Shown here piece by piece: positions 52,061 through 61,604 of a stretch of 64,000 nt of DNA (positions are counted from its first letter, which is position 1; every line of letters starts with the position of its first letter). This DNA comes from Candidatus Latescibacterota bacterium (GTDB lineage: Bacteria > Latescibacterota > UBA2968): contig OZ220741.1 in the NCBI GenBank assembly GCA_965116885.1, forward strand, positions 1,504,001-1,568,000. Reading direction: 5' to 3'. Both the position numbers and the translations under genes were made by a program. Under the pieces are notes generated by a model. It worked only from the letters and a program-made list of their open reading frames with translations, was not told the origin of the DNA and did not search any database.

Positions 52061-52825
52061 ATGTATTTATCGCCCAAAGAAATTGACAAATTGATGCTTC
52101 ACAACGCGGGTTTTCTCGCGCAGAAGCGGTATGCTCGGGGCTTGCGTCTCAATTACCCGGAATCTATATCGCTTATCGCGGCACAGCTTCTCGAGTTTAT
52201 TCGCGATGGCGAGTCCGTTGCCACGCTTATGGATAAGGGCAAGCAGTTGCTGGGTACGGAAGATGTTTTGCCCGGTGTTCCGGATATGGTTCACGAGGTG
52301 CAGGTGGAGGGTACGTTTCCCGATGGGACGAAGCTCGTGACGGTTCATCATCCTATTTGCCGCGCAGAAGGCGATTCTGAACTCGCGTTGTACGGTTCGG
52401 GGCTTACGCGCGTTCGCTCGCCCTGGTCGCCGGATAATGCGGTTTCTGATACGCCGGGTGCCGGAGCTACGGCTGCTGATCCAATTGCGCTCAATGCGGA
52501 CCGGGAGACGATTTCTCTTTCTGTGACCAATACCGGAGATCGCCCGATACAGGTGGGTTCGCATTATACATTTTTTGAAGTTAATCCCGCGCTTTCGTTT
52601 GATCGCGAGAAAGCTTATGGCTTCCGTCTCGATATTCCATCTGGTACTGCCGTGCGTTTTGAACCGGGTGAGAGCAGGACGGTTGATCTCGTCGCTATTG
52701 CCGGGAACCGCACGGTCTATGGGGGGAATGGCCTTATTTCGGGGCAGATCGATGAGAATAAGGCAGAGGCTTTGCAACGGGCGGGAGATGGTGGATTTAA
52801 GGGGGTTCCAAATGTCTCAGATTGA
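52061..52825 (+). CDS. ureAB: Urease gamma-beta fusion subunit
   Basis: [19 protein letters not shown] (gamma) plus [20 protein letters not shown] (beta). Confidence 0.96.
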   Translation: MYLSPKEIDKLMLHNAGFLAQKRYARGLRLNYPESISLIAAQLLEFIRDGESVATLMDKGKQLLGTEDVLPGVPDMVHEVQVEGTFPDGTKLVTVHHPICRAEGDSELALYGSGLTRVRSPWSPDNAVSDTPGAGATAADPIALNADRETISLSVTNTGDRPIQVGSHYTFFEVNPALSFDREKAYGFRLDIPSGTAVRFEPGESRTVDLVAIAGNRTVYGGNGLISGQIDENKAEALQRAGDGGFKGVPNVSD

Positions 52826-54515
52826 TCGAATTGCTTATGCCAGTATGTACGGTCCCACAACGGGAGACCGCGTTCAATTGGGCGATACCCATCTCGTCGT
52901 TGAGGTGGAAAATGATTACACGATTTACGGCGATGAATGCAAATTTGGCGGGGGTAAGGTGCTCCGCGACGGCATGGGTCAGGCTACGGGTGTGTCGCAG
53001 GATAGGGCGCTGGATCTCGTTATTACCAATACGCTTGTGGTTGATTCTACGGGGATATACAAAGCGGATGTTGGGATTAAAGACGGGCGTATCGCCGGTA
53101 TTGGCAAAGCGGGTAATCCCGATATTATGTCGGGTGTTGATCCCGATCTCATCGTGGGGGTTACGACCGAGGTTATTGCGGGTGAAGGTCATATGCTCAC
53201 GGCTGGTGCGCTCGATGTGCATGTCCATTTTATTTGTCCTCAGCAAGTTGAGGAGGCGATTGCTTCGGGTATTACGACTATGCTGGGTGGTGGTACGGGT
53301 CCGGCGACGGGGACCAATGCTACGACCTGCACGCCGGGGGCGCACCACATTCGCATGATGCTGGAGTCGAGTGATGCTTTTCCCCTCAATTTTGGATTTT
53401 TGGGCAAGGGCAATTCCTCGCTTCCGCAAGGGCTTGTTGAGCAGATTGAGGGTGGGGCTTGTGGTCTCAAGCTCCACGAGGACTGGGGTACGACGCCTGC
53501 GGCTATTGATGCCTGTCTTTCGGTTGCCGATGAATACGATGTTCAGGTGGCGATTCATACGGATACGCTCAATGAGTCGGGTTTTGTGGAGCAGAGTTGT
53601 GCAGCTTTTAAGGGGCGCACGATTCATACGTATCACACCGAGGGCGCGGGTGGGGGACACGCGCCGGATATTATGCGTCTTTGCGGCGAGGCGAATGTTT
53701 TGCCTTCATCTACGAATCCCACGCGGCCTTTTACGGCGAATACGATTGACGAGCATCTGGATATGCTTATGGTGTGTCATCATCTGGATAAAAATATACC
53801 CGAGGATGTGGCTTTTGCCGAGAGTCGCATTCGGCAGGAGACGATTGCGGCAGAAGATATTTTGCACGATATGGGGGCGCTGTCGATTATTGCATCGGAT
53901 AGTCAGGCGATGGGGCGCGTGGGGGAGGTTGTTTGTCGTACATGGCAGACTGCCCATAAGATGCGCGAGCAGCGGGGTGCACTGCGCGGCGATCGGGGGC
54001 ATGATAATGGGCGCGTGAAGCGGTATATTGCCAAATATACGATTAATCCCGCGACGGCTCATGGTTTGAGCGATTATATCGGTTCGGTTGAGGCGGGCAA
54101 GCTCGCGGATCTGGTGCTCTGGAAGCCATCTTTTTTTGGGGCAAAACCCGAGATGGTGATTAAGGGGGGTATAATCGCGTATTCGCAGATGGGCGATCCA
54201 AATGCTTCGATTCCCACGCCGCAACCCGTGTATCCGCGTCCTATGTTCGGCGCTTATGGCAATGCCGTGGGTTCTACGTCGCTGGCTTTTGTCTCCCGTG
54301 CTTCGCTGGATACTGTTGCGTCTTATGATCTGTCCAAAGGCGTTGTTGCGGTGTCCAATTGTCGGGATATTGGGAAGAAGGATATGAAGCTCAACGACTT
54401 TATTCCCGATATTCATATTGATCCGGAGACTTATAGCGTTACGGTCGATGGCGAGTTGCTCACCTGTGAGGCGGCAGAGAAACTGCCGCTGGCGCAGCTT
54501 TATAATTTGTTTTGA
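52812..54515 (+). CDS. ureC: Urease alpha subunit
   Basis: [44 protein letters not shown]. Confidence 0.98.
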   Translation: MSQIDRIAYASMYGPTTGDRVQLGDTHLVVEVENDYTIYGDECKFGGGKVLRDGMGQATGVSQDRALDLVITNTLVVDSTGIYKADVGIKDGRIAGIGKAGNPDIMSGVDPDLIVGVTTEVIAGEGHMLTAGALDVHVHFICPQQVEEAIASGITTMLGGGTGPATGTNATTCTPGAHHIRMMLESSDAFPLNFGFLGKGNSSLPQGLVEQIEGGACGLKLHEDWGTTPAAIDACLSVADEYDVQVAIHTDTLNESGFVEQSCAAFKGRTIHTYHTEGAGGGHAPDIMRLCGEANVLPSSTNPTRPFTANTIDEHLDMLMVCHHLDKNIPEDVAFAESRIRQETIAAEDILHDMGALSIIASDSQAMGRVGEVVCRTWQTAHKMREQRGALRGDRGHDNGRVKRYIAKYTINPATAHGLSDYIGSVEAGKLADLVLWKPSFFGAKPEMVIKGGIIAYSQMGDPNASIPTPQPVYPRPMFGAYGNAVGSTSLAFVSRASLDTVASYDLSKGVVAVSNCRDIGKKDMKLNDFIPDIHIDPETYSVTVDGELLTCEAAEKLPLAQLYNLF

Positions 54516-54517
54516 TT

Positions 54518-55186
54518 ATGCTACTCGATCTTCTCACACTTGCCGATAGCAATTTCCCTACGGGTGGATACGCATTTTCCAATGGGCTGGAGGCCACCAA
54601 ACAAATGGGGTTGTTGCGTTCTTCCAATGATCTGGATGCGTATCTTCAAACGGTGATTCACGCGACGGCAAGGGGTGAGATTCCGTTTATTAATACGTGT
54701 TTTAAAGGTGATCCGGTTCCCGCTAATTTGACGGATATGCTGCTCACTTACGACGCGATGCTGACGGCACCGGCGATTGTCCGCGGCAGTGAGGTGCAGG
54801 GTTGCAATTTGTTGCGGCTGATGCGCGATTTGTATTTTTCCGATGCGATGACGCGGTTGTACAAAATCTTACTTTCGCAACCTGTGCCGGCTCATTATAC
54901 GATTGTTTTTGGTACGACGTTTCGGATTGCGGGTCTTAAACGCGGGCATACGTGTCGGATTTTTATGTATCAGTTTTTGCGCGATCAGATCAGTGCGGCT
55001 GTTCGCCTGGGGCAGATTGGTCCTCTCGAAGCCGCGCGGTTGCAAAAACGCCATCACAAGACGGCGATTAGAGCTATGACTTCTGTCGCGCAGGCAGATT
55101 ATACCTGTGCGACGCGCTGTGCGCCCCAATGGGATATTGCACAGGGTATGCACGAGTATCTGTATTCGCGGTTGTTTCAGAGTTAG
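54518..55186 (+). CDS. ureF: Urease accessory protein F
   Basis: [28 protein letters not shown]. Confidence 0.93.
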   Translation: MLLDLLTLADSNFPTGGYAFSNGLEATKQMGLLRSSNDLDAYLQTVIHATARGEIPFINTCFKGDPVPANLTDMLLTYDAMLTAPAIVRGSEVQGCNLLRLMRDLYFSDAMTRLYKILLSQPVPAHYTIVFGTTFRIAGLKRGHTCRIFMYQFLRDQISAAVRLGQIGPLEAARLQKRHHKTAIRAMTSVAQADYTCATRCAPQWDIAQGMHEYLYSRLFQS

Positions 55187-55196
55187 AGGATTTGCT

Positions 55197-55907
55197 ATGC
55201 ACGATCATAATCACGACCACGATCATTCTCACGAGCCTTTTGAATCTCCGGGGGACTTTGCTTTGCGCGAGTCGGTCCTTTGTGATCGCGATTTTTCACA
55301 GCGGGCGTTTACCGTGGGGGTTGGCGGTCCGGTGGGTACGGGGAAGACGGCGCTTGTTCGCGTGTTGTGCGAAGCCCTGCGCGATCGGTTTAGTCTCGGT
55401 GTGGTTACGAATGATATTTTTACGCGCGAGGATGCCGAATTTCTTTTGCGTCACAAGGCGCTTGAGGCCGATCGCATTATTGGGGTTGAGACGGGCGGAT
55501 GCCCGCATGCAGCTATTCGCGAGGATATTTCGCTCAATTTGAATGCGCTCGAGGATTTGATGATCCGCTTTGCGTGCGATATCGATTTGCTTTTTGTGGA
55601 GAGTGGCGGCGATAATCTGGCGGCGCATTTTAGCAAGGAGCTTGTCGATTACGCTATTTATGTGATTGATGTCTCTGCTGGGGACAAGATTCCCCGAAAA
55701 GGGGGTCCGGGGATTACGCAATCGGATTTGCTGGTTATTAATAAGACTGATCTGGCCGGTCTGGTTGGCGCAGATCTGGGGGTTATGGGGCGAGATGCAA
55801 AGAAGATGCGCGGCGATGGTCCCACGCTTTTTTCCTGTCTCAAACACGGGTCGGGGCTTGACGAGATTATTGAGTATGTTCTCCGAGCGCGCAGGTCTAT
55901 TTTGTGA
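55197..55907 (+). CDS. ureG: Urease accessory GTPase with His-rich N-terminus
   Basis: [27 protein letters not shown]. Confidence 0.97.
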   Translation: MHDHNHDHDHSHEPFESPGDFALRESVLCDRDFSQRAFTVGVGGPVGTGKTALVRVLCEALRDRFSLGVVTNDIFTREDAEFLLRHKALEADRIIGVETGGCPHAAIREDISLNLNALEDLMIRFACDIDLLFVESGGDNLAAHFSKELVDYAIYVIDVSAGDKIPRKGGPGITQSDLLVINKTDLAGLVGADLGVMGRDAKKMRGDGPTLFSCLKHGSGLDEIIEYVLRARRSIL

Positions 55908-55940
55908 ATTAAAAATTAAAAATTGAGAATTAACAATTGC
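55906..55940. repeat. Intergenic 7-bp tandem array
   Basis: GAATTAA AAATTAA AAATTGA GAATTAA CAATTGC. Confidence 0.8.
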
Positions 55941-56761
55941 TTCCTTCCCAAATTGAAGTGACCCGCAATGGCTCCCGTTCTGTTCTGACTGCCTGTCGCT
56001 CAGTCGCGCCTTTGAAGTTGCTCAATCCCGCCGCACAGGGCGATTATTGCGCTGTTGTGCTTTCCAGTTATGGAGGCGGTATGGTGGAGGGGGATGCGAC
56101 GACGCTGTGTGTGCGTTGTGGTGAGGGGGCAGCTCTTTATCTGGGGACTCAGGCGTTTACCAAAGTTTATAAGAGTCCCCGTGGTATTCCGTGTAAACAA
56201 ATAATTAACGGTGAGGTGGAAGCCGGGGGCCTTGCCGTTGTTTTGCCCGATCCCATTGTTCCATACTCGCGAAGTGTTTTTGAGCAGGCGCAGACGTGGC
56301 ATCTGGGGACTGACGCATGTCTGGTGCTCGCCGATGGTCATACGGCTGGACGCATGGCTTTTGGGGAGTGTTTTGGGTACACGAGTTACAGGTCTGATAT
56401 TACTGTGCATACGGCTGAACGCCCGATTCTGATGGAGCGCTATTATTCCGAGCCGGGGGTGTTGTCGCCGGTACATACGGGTGCTTTTGGGGCTTATGGT
56501 GTTGTTTTTAATATTTTTGTTGCGGGTAATTCCGCGCGTTTTAGCTGTTTGGTTGAAAGTCTTTCCCAATCGCTCACTCCTTTGTTGAAACCCTCGCAGG
56601 ATTCTTTGTTGCTTTCCTTTGCTTCCCCCAGGCCCGATCTTTTTGTGATACGATCCCTCGCGCAAAATGTCGAGTGTCTTCATCCTCTCTATAAAGCTCT
56701 CCGCAATGCAATCGCCCATCCCAATGTCCTCGGTGCAGATCCGCTGGCGCGAAAGTATTGA
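55937..56761 (+). CDS. ureD: Urease accessory protein D
   Basis: PLKL, YGGGMVEGD, TQAFTKVYK, LPDP, GR..GE; TTG start uncertain. Confidence 0.9.
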   Translation: MLPSQIEVTRNGSRSVLTACRSVAPLKLLNPAAQGDYCAVVLSSYGGGMVEGDATTLCVRCGEGAALYLGTQAFTKVYKSPRGIPCKQIINGEVEAGGLAVVLPDPIVPYSRSVFEQAQTWHLGTDACLVLADGHTAGRMAFGECFGYTSYRSDITVHTAERPILMERYYSEPGVLSPVHTGAFGAYGVVFNIFVAGNSARFSCLVESLSQSLTPLLKPSQDSLLLSFASPRPDLFVIRSLAQNVECLHPLYKALRNAIAHPNVLGADPLARKY

Positions 56762-56934
56762 AGCGGTCTGTTCATCCGGCCTCCAGCTCTCAATCTCCAG
56801 TAATACTTGATATTGCCGAAAAAATGAGTTAGTTTGAGGTTGAGACGCCAGGAAGCTGTTTATGCGTCATGTGGATGACCTTTTGGCGGAGTTGTACACC
56901 CCTTACCTGGCATTGACCAGAGGAGAACTTAGAA

Positions 56935-58026
56935 ATGAAGATTACGAGCGTTGATTTGACCCCTGTTGCATCGAGGCGTGAGACTGGGCATTTGTCTCGT
57001 CACGTCATTATTCGCATGCACACAGATGAGGGATTGATCGGTCTGGGGGAGATGTCCGATGTGGGTGACTGGGGTGTTATGTACAATCTCGATGATGTCA
57101 AGGGTGCGTACGAGTCGTTGCTCGTGGGGAAGGATCCGCTGGCGTGGCGTACGATTACCATTGCAGCGAGGTCCCGGTTGCGAATGGGTGGGGCGATTCG
57201 AGCGGGGTTTGAGATCGGTCTTTTCGATTTGGTCGGCAAGATCCAGGGGCAGTCGGTTGCGGGTGTGTTTGGCGGGGCGCTGAGGGATAAGTGGCGCGTG
57301 TGTTATCCGATTTTCAGGAATTATCATAGGGAAGATGCCGAGGCGAATATCGCGCGTGTCAATCGCCGGATGAAAGAGGGACAGGATCTGTTTCGATTGT
57401 ATCACGGCGGAAATGTGGAGGCAGATGAGATTTTTTTGGATGGGGTGAAGTCGTCCTGGGGCGATCAGTTCGTGTTGAAGTCGCTCGATTTTAGCGGCGC
57501 GCACAAGTGGAAACGGGTGGTGCAGGCGCTGGATGTTTTGCTGAGATACTACAGGCCTTTTCATCTGGAATCCGTTTCTGACCGGCGAGATCTGGAGGGT
57601 CAATACGAGGTGCGAAAACGCATTGATCTGCCGATTAGTGAGCACGTCAGTTCACTGGATCAGGCCTATCAGTTTGCCCGGCACCGGTATGTCGATATTT
57701 TTAATATCAGTTTGTCGGGTGCGGGGGGGTTCACAAATGCGCTGCATATCGCGCAGGTTGCCGATGCGGCTGGTCTGTCGTGTCTGGTGGGTACGACGCA
57801 GGAGTTGTCCATTGGCGTGGCGGCTCAGGCGACGTTTGGTTCTGTGGTGGAGAATCTCGATTATCCGGGCGATCCAACAGGTGGGTTGCTGTACGAGAGC
57901 GATGTGGTGAAAGAGCGCATACAATACGAGAAGGGTTACGTGATTTTGCCAGAAGGTCCGGGGTTGGGTATGGAATTGGATGAGGAGAAGATCGCCGCGA
58001 TTTCAGAGCCTTTGAGTTCTGTGTAG
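56935..58026 (+). CDS. Mandelate racemase/muconate lactonizing enzyme family protein
   Basis: MKITSV, TDEGLIGLGE, FDLVGK, PEGPGLGMELDE. Confidence 0.88.
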   Translation: MKITSVDLTPVASRRETGHLSRHVIIRMHTDEGLIGLGEMSDVGDWGVMYNLDDVKGAYESLLVGKDPLAWRTITIAARSRLRMGGAIRAGFEIGLFDLVGKIQGQSVAGVFGGALRDKWRVCYPIFRNYHREDAEANIARVNRRMKEGQDLFRLYHGGNVEADEIFLDGVKSSWGDQFVLKSLDFSGAHKWKRVVQALDVLLRYYRPFHLESVSDRRDLEGQYEVRKRIDLPISEHVSSLDQAYQFARHRYVDIFNISLSGAGGFTNALHIAQVADAAGLSCLVGTTQELSIGVAAQATFGSVVENLDYPGDPTGGLLYESDVVKERIQYEKGYVILPEGPGLGMELDEEKIAAISEPLSSV

Positions 58027-58044
58027 CTGTGAGAGGAGAACACG

Positions 58045-58878
58045 ATGTCTCAAACAGCGGTCTGGTCCCCTGTTGAGGGCACAGTTGATGAGATTCTCGC
58101 GCAGGTTCCGCGGCCGTTCGATGCGATGATGGCGAGCGAGATTCCCGCTGTTATTGTGCGTCGCGCGTTTCCGTCGGATCACTGTGCGGCTCTTATTGAG
58201 CGGTTTTACGAGCGCGGTTTGCTCTACGATCCGCGCAAGGTGGGTGATGGCAGTCCCCGCCGGGTCGATATTGGTACGAGTCTGGGTCACCACGGGAATG
58301 ATCCCGATGCCTTTTACGAACATTCTCGCCAAACGCACGATCTTTTTTCATATTTGTTTGACGGGTACGATGATCCCGTGAAGACGCTGTACCATGCGCT
58401 TGATAGGATGCTTCCGGATAAGCGGGTTATGACGGCTCGGAGCGTTGATGGTCGTCTTTACGGTCCGGCTATTTTTAGGACTTATCACGAGGGCGTGGGG
58501 CATTACCCGCATTACGATTCCGTGTCCAAGCGGTCCAAACGCTACAATTTTACGGTTTCCCGGTTCAGACATCAGTTTGCGGGTGTGCTGTGTTTTCAGA
58601 ATAGTGAGGATCGAGGTGATAGCGGCGAGGGGGTCCTGTACAGGGCACCTATGTCGCCGGCGTTTCAACGTCCTCTCGAGGAGAGGCGATTTCGCGAGTA
58701 CGCGGAGGAGGAGGGGATTGCGCGCGTGCAGGTCAGTCTGGAACCGGGGGATCTCTACTTTTTTTATTCGGAGACGATTCACGAAGTTCCTTTTGTCGCA
58801 GGCTCTCAGCCCCGCGTTGTGCTGGCGTCGTTTATCGGTATGTCTGAAGACGATCCAGAGGTTTATTTGTGGTCATGA
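58045..58878 (+). CDS. Fe(II)/2OG-dependent oxygenase
   Basis: PHYD, LEPGDLYFF..IHEV..R facial-triad pattern. Confidence 0.82.
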   Translation: MSQTAVWSPVEGTVDEILAQVPRPFDAMMASEIPAVIVRRAFPSDHCAALIERFYERGLLYDPRKVGDGSPRRVDIGTSLGHHGNDPDAFYEHSRQTHDLFSYLFDGYDDPVKTLYHALDRMLPDKRVMTARSVDGRLYGPAIFRTYHEGVGHYPHYDSVSKRSKRYNFTVSRFRHQFAGVLCFQNSEDRGDSGEGVLYRAPMSPAFQRPLEERRFREYAEEEGIARVQVSLEPGDLYFFYSETIHEVPFVAGSQPRVVLASFIGMSEDDPEVYLWS

Positions 58879-58879
58879 A

Positions 58880-58917
58880 GACCTACCCCCTAACCCCCTT
58901 CCTACAAGGAAGGGGGA
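58880..58917 (+). repeat. Left C-tail/hairpin repeat flanking the DUF559 gene
   Basis: GACCTACCCCCTAA-CCCCCTTCCT-ACA-AGGAAGGGGG-A. Confidence 0.88.
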
Positions 58918-58975
58918 ACTGTGATCGGTTGATCAACTGTTAGTATTGAAAGATTAGCTGAATACATTTCGTTTT

Positions 58976-59353
58976 ATGAAAAAATCCAAACGAAATATTG
59001 TGATTGGTCAACGCGTTACGCCTGAGAAAGTAAACCTGTCGCGAAGTTTGCGAACTCAGATGACAGCAGAAGAGAAACGGCTCTGGCAACGGTTACGTGC
59101 GAATCGGCTTGATGGCTTTCACTTTCGACGGCAGCAAATTATTGATGGTTTTATTGTCGATTTCTACTGTCATAAAGCTGGCTTGGTAATAGAAGTTGAT
59201 GGCGAAGTTCATAAAGATCAGATCGCTTATGATGCACAACGAGATGAGATTCTCAAAGCGCGCGGATTACAAATTTTACGTATTCCAAATGCTGAAGTCC
59301 GCAACAATTTAGATGGCGTTCTCGAATCCATCAGAGCTTATATTAACACTTAA
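58976..59353 (+). CDS. DUF559 (Vsr-like) endonuclease domain protein
   Basis: MTAEEKRLWQRLR, FRRQ, IVDFYC, LVIEVDG..H, RD..L..G..ILR..N. Confidence 0.93.
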   Translation: MKKSKRNIVIGQRVTPEKVNLSRSLRTQMTAEEKRLWQRLRANRLDGFHFRRQQIIDGFIVDFYCHKAGLVIEVDGEVHKDQIAYDAQRDEILKARGLQILRIPNAEVRNNLDGVLESIRAYINT

Positions 59354-59380
59354 TTTCACCTCCTTCATTTCTCGATTTCT

Positions 59381-59422
59381 CTCCCCCTCTCCTCTCAGGA
59401 GAGGGGGCCGGGGGGAGAGGTC
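59381..59422 (-). repeat. Right C-tail/hairpin repeat, inverted
   Basis: Minus strand GACCTCTCCCCCCGG-CCCCCTCTCCT-GAG-AGGAGAGGGGG-AG. Confidence 0.88.
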
Positions 59423-59446
59423 CACTTTCACTTTTGGATTTTTCCT

Positions 59447-60448
59447 ATGAACCAACCTCCTGAATCATTCGTTCACGTCTATGAAGATCGCCTTCTGGAT
59501 TTTGCTGCGGCTTGTTTTGAAAAGGCGGGGCTTGAGGCCGATCACGCGAGGGTTATCAGCCGCTTGCTGGTCAATAGCGATCTGCGAGGTGTTCGCAGCC
59601 ACGGTACGCGGACTGTGAATGGCTATTGTAAGAGTTTTGAAAATGGGAGTCTCAATCCGCGTCCCAATGTGCGGGTGATCGGTGAGACGCCGACGTGTGC
59701 TGTTATTGATGGGGATGGTACGGTGGGGTATTTGCCGATGGTGCGCGCAGCAGAGCATGCGATTCGCAAAGCTCAAGAGCTGGGTATGGGTATGGGGCTG
59801 GCGCGACATGTGGGGCATATTGGTTCGGCGGGTCATTATGCGCGGATGTGTTCCGAGGCGGGGTGTATTGGTTTTTGCGTGCAGGGCAGGCAGCTGGGCA
59901 ATGCAAAGCGGGATGGGAGAGGACCGCTTCTCGGCTATTTTGGCAATCCTCCAATATGTTTTGCAATTCCCTCTGGGGACGAGCCTCCAATTGTTCTGGA
60001 TGCGGCGACCTGTATTTTGGCGGATTATCAGCGGGGTCCGGAGTTTGAGGCTTTGTTCGAGATGATTCCGGCGGCGTTTTTTAAGAGTATTGGGTACACG
60101 GCGGTGGCTTCGATTATGGGGGGTGGGCTGGCAGGTGCCAGTCTTCCGTCTTCTCATGAGATGAAGGAGAAATGGCCCTCGTCAGGCGCGGGTGGTTGTG
60201 TTCTTGCGATCCGCGTTGATCAGGCGGTTTCCGAGGAGGTTTTCAGGGCTGAGTCAGATCACATGGTGAGAACGGTGCGCGAGACGTACGAGCCGATGCC
60301 GGGACATGATCGCGCGCTGCTGCCGGGTGCGATTGAAGAAGAGCGCATGGCGTTTCACCGCGCCGAGGGTATTCGCTATGGCGAGATGGAGCAGGAAAAC
60401 GCACGCGAGGTTAGTGCGCGTCTGGGGGTGCCGCTTCCCTGGGGTTGA
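59447..60448 (+). CDS. Ldh_2 family (malate/L-lactate dehydrogenase-like) oxidoreductase
   Basis: DLRGVRSHG, HIGSAGHY, GNPPICFAIP, LPG. Confidence 0.9.
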   Translation: MNQPPESFVHVYEDRLLDFAAACFEKAGLEADHARVISRLLVNSDLRGVRSHGTRTVNGYCKSFENGSLNPRPNVRVIGETPTCAVIDGDGTVGYLPMVRAAEHAIRKAQELGMGMGLARHVGHIGSAGHYARMCSEAGCIGFCVQGRQLGNAKRDGRGPLLGYFGNPPICFAIPSGDEPPIVLDAATCILADYQRGPEFEALFEMIPAAFFKSIGYTAVASIMGGGLAGASLPSSHEMKEKWPSSGAGGCVLAIRVDQAVSEEVFRAESDHMVRTVRETYEPMPGHDRALLPGAIEEERMAFHRAEGIRYGEMEQENAREVSARLGVPLPWG

Positions 60449-60469
60449 TGGGACAAAGGTCTAATAACT

Positions 60470-60503
60470 AAAGCCCTATAGCTTATTGCTCTGGGGCTTT
60501 TTT
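60470..60503 (+). terminator. Intrinsic terminator
   Basis: AAAGCCCTA...TGGGGCTTTTTT. Confidence 0.75.
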
Positions 60504-60539
60504 AATCGGGCTTTCAAATGGAAAGCCAAATCATACACA

Positions 60540-60568
60540 TTGACATTGAGAGAATCGGAACTTATTTT
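60540..60568 (+). promoter_or_regulatory. Possible sigma70 promoter
   Basis: TTGACA-N17-TATTTT. Confidence 0.45.
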
Positions 60569-60617
60569 GGCATTTAACGCACTATCGCAGTTCTAACTTC
60601 ACAAATTGGAGGCTACC

Positions 60618-61601
60618 ATGTATATCGGAACACAGGTGGGGTGTCGGAACGACACGGATATTGAGGTTCTCGCGCAACTCGGGGTTTTTAATGTCGATCA
60701 AACACCGGAGGGACCCTGGGCGGAGTGGAGTGCCGATGCGATTAAGTCCATGCGCGACCGGTTTGATAAATACGGTATTAATTTGGAGATGATTCACATT
60801 CCGCTGGGTTCAAGCAGTGCTTTTAAGAATGAGGCTGGGGCGATTTTCCTGGGGCCAAGCGACGAGCGCGACCGGGCTATTGAGCGGATGTGCGAGACGG
60901 TTAGAATGGCGGCGGAAGCGGGGTTGCGAGGGCTCAATTACAATATCACGATTTTGGGGCATATGCGGACAGAGCCGCGATACGGACGCGGGGGCGCGAG
61001 GCTGTCGTCGTTTGAGTACGATAAATTGGACCAGTCTTTGGGCGAGTTTGAAGGCGGCGCTGCGGATGAAGACGAGATGTGGGCGCGCATCGATCACTGG
61101 TTGCAGAATATTATGCCCGTGGCGGAGGAGTACAAGATCCAGATGGCGTGTCATCCCTCGGATCCGGGTATCGGATATGGGACCACGTATCGGGGGGTCG
61201 CGCGCGTGCTCGGTATGGTGGATGGGTTTAAGAAGTTTATCGATTTGTACGATAGTCCGTATAATGGATTGAATTTCTGCCTGGGCTGTATGTCCGAGAG
61301 CCTGGAAGATCCCAGTGCAGACGCGTATGATGTGATCCGTTATTTTGGAGAGCGCAAGAAGATCTTCAATGTGCATTTCCGCAATATCAAGGGTGGGCTT
61401 CGCAATTTTGTCGAGGTGTTTCCCGATGAGGGCGATGTGGATATGCTGAAGGCTTTGCGGACGTTCAAAGAAGTCGGCTACGAGTATATGATTATGCCCG
61501 ACCACGTTCCGGGTATTTCCGGTCCGGAAGCCAGGCAGGTCGGTTTTGCGTACACGTACGGGTACATCCACGCGCTGCTGCAAGCGGTTAATGAAGAGTA
61601 A
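60618..61601 (+). CDS. Mannonate dehydratase (UxuA) family protein
   Basis: ACHPSDP, NGLNFCLG, VHFRN, GDVDM, MPDHVP. Confidence 0.88.
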   Translation: MYIGTQVGCRNDTDIEVLAQLGVFNVDQTPEGPWAEWSADAIKSMRDRFDKYGINLEMIHIPLGSSSAFKNEAGAIFLGPSDERDRAIERMCETVRMAAEAGLRGLNYNITILGHMRTEPRYGRGGARLSSFEYDKLDQSLGEFEGGAADEDEMWARIDHWLQNIMPVAEEYKIQMACHPSDPGIGYGTTYRGVARVLGMVDGFKKFIDLYDSPYNGLNFCLGCMSESLEDPSADAYDVIRYFGERKKIFNVHFRNIKGGLRNFVEVFPDEGDVDMLKALRTFKEVGYEYMIMPDHVPGISGPEARQVGFAYTYGYIHALLQAVNEE

Positions 61602-61604
61602 TCT

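Noticed and set aside
56781..56801. Weak period-7 tract CTCCAGC TCTCAAT CTCCAGT after ureD
   Set aside because: Too short and degenerate to separate from chance
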